55,262 nt of DNA from Candidatus Parvarchaeota archaeon (GTDB taxonomy: Archaea > Nanobdellota > Nanobdellia > Parvarchaeales > Parvarchaeaceae): positions 11,794-67,055 of the forward strand of contig JAMCSP010000013.1 of NCBI GenBank assembly GCA_023378865.1, read 5' to 3'. The notes under the pieces are model-generated. The model was given only the letters and a program-made list of their open reading frames with translations, was not told the DNA's origin and did no database searches. Shown here piece after piece: positions 53,653 through 55,262 of the stretch; within the stretch, counting starts at the first letter, position 1; the number at the start of each line of letters is the position of its first letter. Made by a program: the position numbers and the translations under genes.

Positions 53653-54757
53653 CAAAGATCGTTTTTTAGAGATATTAGAAAAGGCCAAAGAAACAAAAGA
53701 ACTGGGAACATTACGTAATATAATCTCAGAAATAATTTTGTCTGTGTCTACTAAGCACGATGACTTATTCTTACTTAATATAAGCGACAATGGCGACACA
53801 GTTCGATATAATAAAGATCTCCTTCTATCTGAATTAAAACAAATAAATGAAACACAAACAATAGAACGAGCTAAATATTATACCGAGAGGTTAATAAAGA
53901 GCATAGAAGAGATAAAAACTAGCAAAATAAATGAAATCAACTTAAACCGCTGGAAAGAGTATTCTGATATAATAACCGATAGTTTATGGATCTGGCCTAA
54001 AAGAGATAATTCAGGAGTACATACTGCAGGGTATTGGGGCAATTTTATCCCGCAAATCCCCTATCAAGTAATTACTAGATACACAAAAAAAGGGGACACA
54101 GTACTTGATACGTTTTTAGGTAGTGGAACCACGCTTATTGAATGTAGAAGATTAGGAAGGAATGGAATCGGAATAGAATTAAACGAAAAGGTAGCAAAAG
54201 AAGCTGATTCTTTAATAGCTAAACAAGAGAATCCATACAATATTTTGACAAAAGTTATTTGTGCAGACAGCAGAGATGTATCCAAAGAAGAAATACTAAA
54301 AATCACTGGCGGGAAAAAGGTCCAGTTAATAATAATGCACCCTCCTTATTTTGATATCATAAAATTTAGTAAATCAGAAAAAGACTTATCAAATGCCCCT
54401 AATCTTACTTCTTTTCTAACGATGTTTGGCGAAGTAATAAAAAATGTGACCGATTTACTAGAAAAAGACAGATATTTAATTTTAGTGATAGGAGACAAGT
54501 ATGCCAGAGGAGAATGGATTCCCTTAGGGTTTCTAACGGCCATAGAAGTAATAAAAAATGGTTACACTTTAAAAAGCATAAATGTAAAAAATATAGAAAA
54601 TACTTTGGCAAAAAGAAACCAAGAAGATCTTTGGAGGTATAGGGCTCTCGTTGGTGGATTTAATGTATTCAAACATGAATACGTAATGGTATTCAAAAAA
54701 ACAGACAGCAAACATCAATTAGTAGAGGATGTTCTTAAGAATTGGAAAGCAGTATAA
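53636..54757 (+). CDS. SAM-dependent DNA (N6-adenine/N4-cytosine-type) methyltransferase, motif I before motif IV
   Basis: 'GDTVLDTFLGSGTTLIECRRLGRNGIGIE' (SAM motif, aa 153-181) followed by 'IIMHPPY' (aa 232-238). 17-nt overlap with the HTH gene. Confidence 0.65.
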   Translation: MDLIINKDRFLEILEKAKETKELGTLRNIISEIILSVSTKHDDLFLLNISDNGDTVRYNKDLLLSELKQINETQTIERAKYYTERLIKSIEEIKTSKINEINLNRWKEYSDIITDSLWIWPKRDNSGVHTAGYWGNFIPQIPYQVITRYTKKGDTVLDTFLGSGTTLIECRRLGRNGIGIELNEKVAKEADSLIAKQENPYNILTKVICADSRDVSKEEILKITGGKKVQLIIMHPPYFDIIKFSKSEKDLSNAPNLTSFLTMFGEVIKNVTDLLEKDRYLILVIGDKYARGEWIPLGFLTAIEVIKNGYTLKSINVKNIENTLAKRNQEDLWRYRALVGGFNVFKHEYVMVFKKTDSKHQLVEDVLKNWKAV

Positions 54758-55262
54758 CAAAACAAGTCGCCATGTAATTTTTTGGCCCAGCTTTTCTATG
54801 CTGAAAAGTGAATGGTACTTTTAAAGGAGAATTAAAATCTACGCTATCTAAAGCTTTTTCTACTCTTTCTATTGAGACGTCATCGTCTAGATAGACTATT
54901 AATAGCCTATTGTCGGCACTAAACCTCTCCTCTGATTGGTAGGTATAAAGATATTTAGCGACTTCCTTCGGGTCATTCTTAGCTTTTTGTTTCCAATCAG
55001 CACCATAATGCTCCTTAAACTGAGTTGTTGGAGAAGCAGCAACCTTTTGATCGAATGCTTCACCATCTATGAAGTAATCAAATGCTCTAACGTGTTTTAA
55101 GGTTGGTAGGATATTTTTATTTCTTTCAAATATTTGAAACTCTAGAAAATCATTTCTTGCTGTATTTAGCTCTTTCATGCGTCGGTATTGTATTGCGCTT
55201 CTTGAAACTTTAGAATCTTTTTCGTCTCCGCTTATTTTTAGTAAAAAACCAATAAGAATGGC
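54735..55262 (-). CDS. Hypothetical protein, 5'-truncated by the window edge (candidate restriction/effector partner of the methyltransferase)
   Basis: The track lists 54735-55178. I translated the 28 minus-strand codons upstream of that ATG (55179-55262) and found no stop, so the ORF is open to the window end. Convergent with the MTase and overlaps it by 23 nt. Confidence 0.5.
   Translation of the reverse strand, partial: AILIGFLLKISGDEKDSKVSRSAIQYRRMKELNTARNDFLEFQIFERNKNILPTLKHVRAFDYFIDGEAFDQKVAASPTTQFKEHYGADWKQKAKNDPKEVAKYLYTYQSEERFSADNRLLIVYLDDDVSIERVEKALDSVDFNSPLKVPFTFQHRKAGPKNYMATCFVILLSNS

Noticed and set aside
1-55262. Search for CRISPR arrays, rRNA genes, IS/transposase genes and long inverted or tandem repeats
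   Set aside because: No regularly spaced repeats, no rRNA-like GC-rich structured stretches and no transposase or integrase motifs were seen. The only repeats noted are the coding low-complexity N/E tract (about 39360-39560), the GCAAATG duplication in the tRNA-Cys intron and the 8-bp repeats around tRNA-Val.

Overview
AT-rich archaeal chromosomal segment. Archaeal identity rests on RadA, RNA polymerase subunit N, Spt5-L11, an archaeal-type AspRS, an intron-containing tRNA, and TATA boxes about 25 nt upstream of several start codons. The window is densely coded (about 70 CDS) and carries 5 tRNA genes: Gly, Pro, Val, Lys, and Cys with an intron.

Recognisable content:
- DNA metabolism: two OB-fold ssDNA-binding proteins, radA, family-4 UDG, dCMP deaminase, a DEDD exonuclease.
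- Translation: a gatC-gatA-gatB-aspS(bacterial type) operon, a separate archaeal-type aspS, AlaX, a CsaA-like tRNA-binding protein, L11 and Spt5.
- Respiration: a cytochrome bd operon.
- Glycan genes: GT2, and a coupled GH1-GT4-flippase-like operon.
- A Tad-like type IV filament ATPase with a split membrane platform.
- Assorted housekeeping enzymes and transporters.

I saw no rRNA, CRISPR array or transposase.

Best candidates for something undescribed:
1. A self-contained, translationally coupled three-gene operon of cysteine-free orphan proteins (26868-29541).
2. An apparently foreign module next to the intron-containing tRNA-Cys at the right edge (52653-55262): a triple-HTH protein, a motif-permuted DNA methyltransferase, and a convergent ORF that runs off the window.
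3. A coupled coiled-coil pair with a UBA-like head (33451-34458).
4. Unusual fusions and contexts: NMNAT-DUF488, an eS26-like zinc ribbon inside the cyd operon, and two AspRS types.

All functional calls come from motifs read by eye in the supplied translations. No database search was run.
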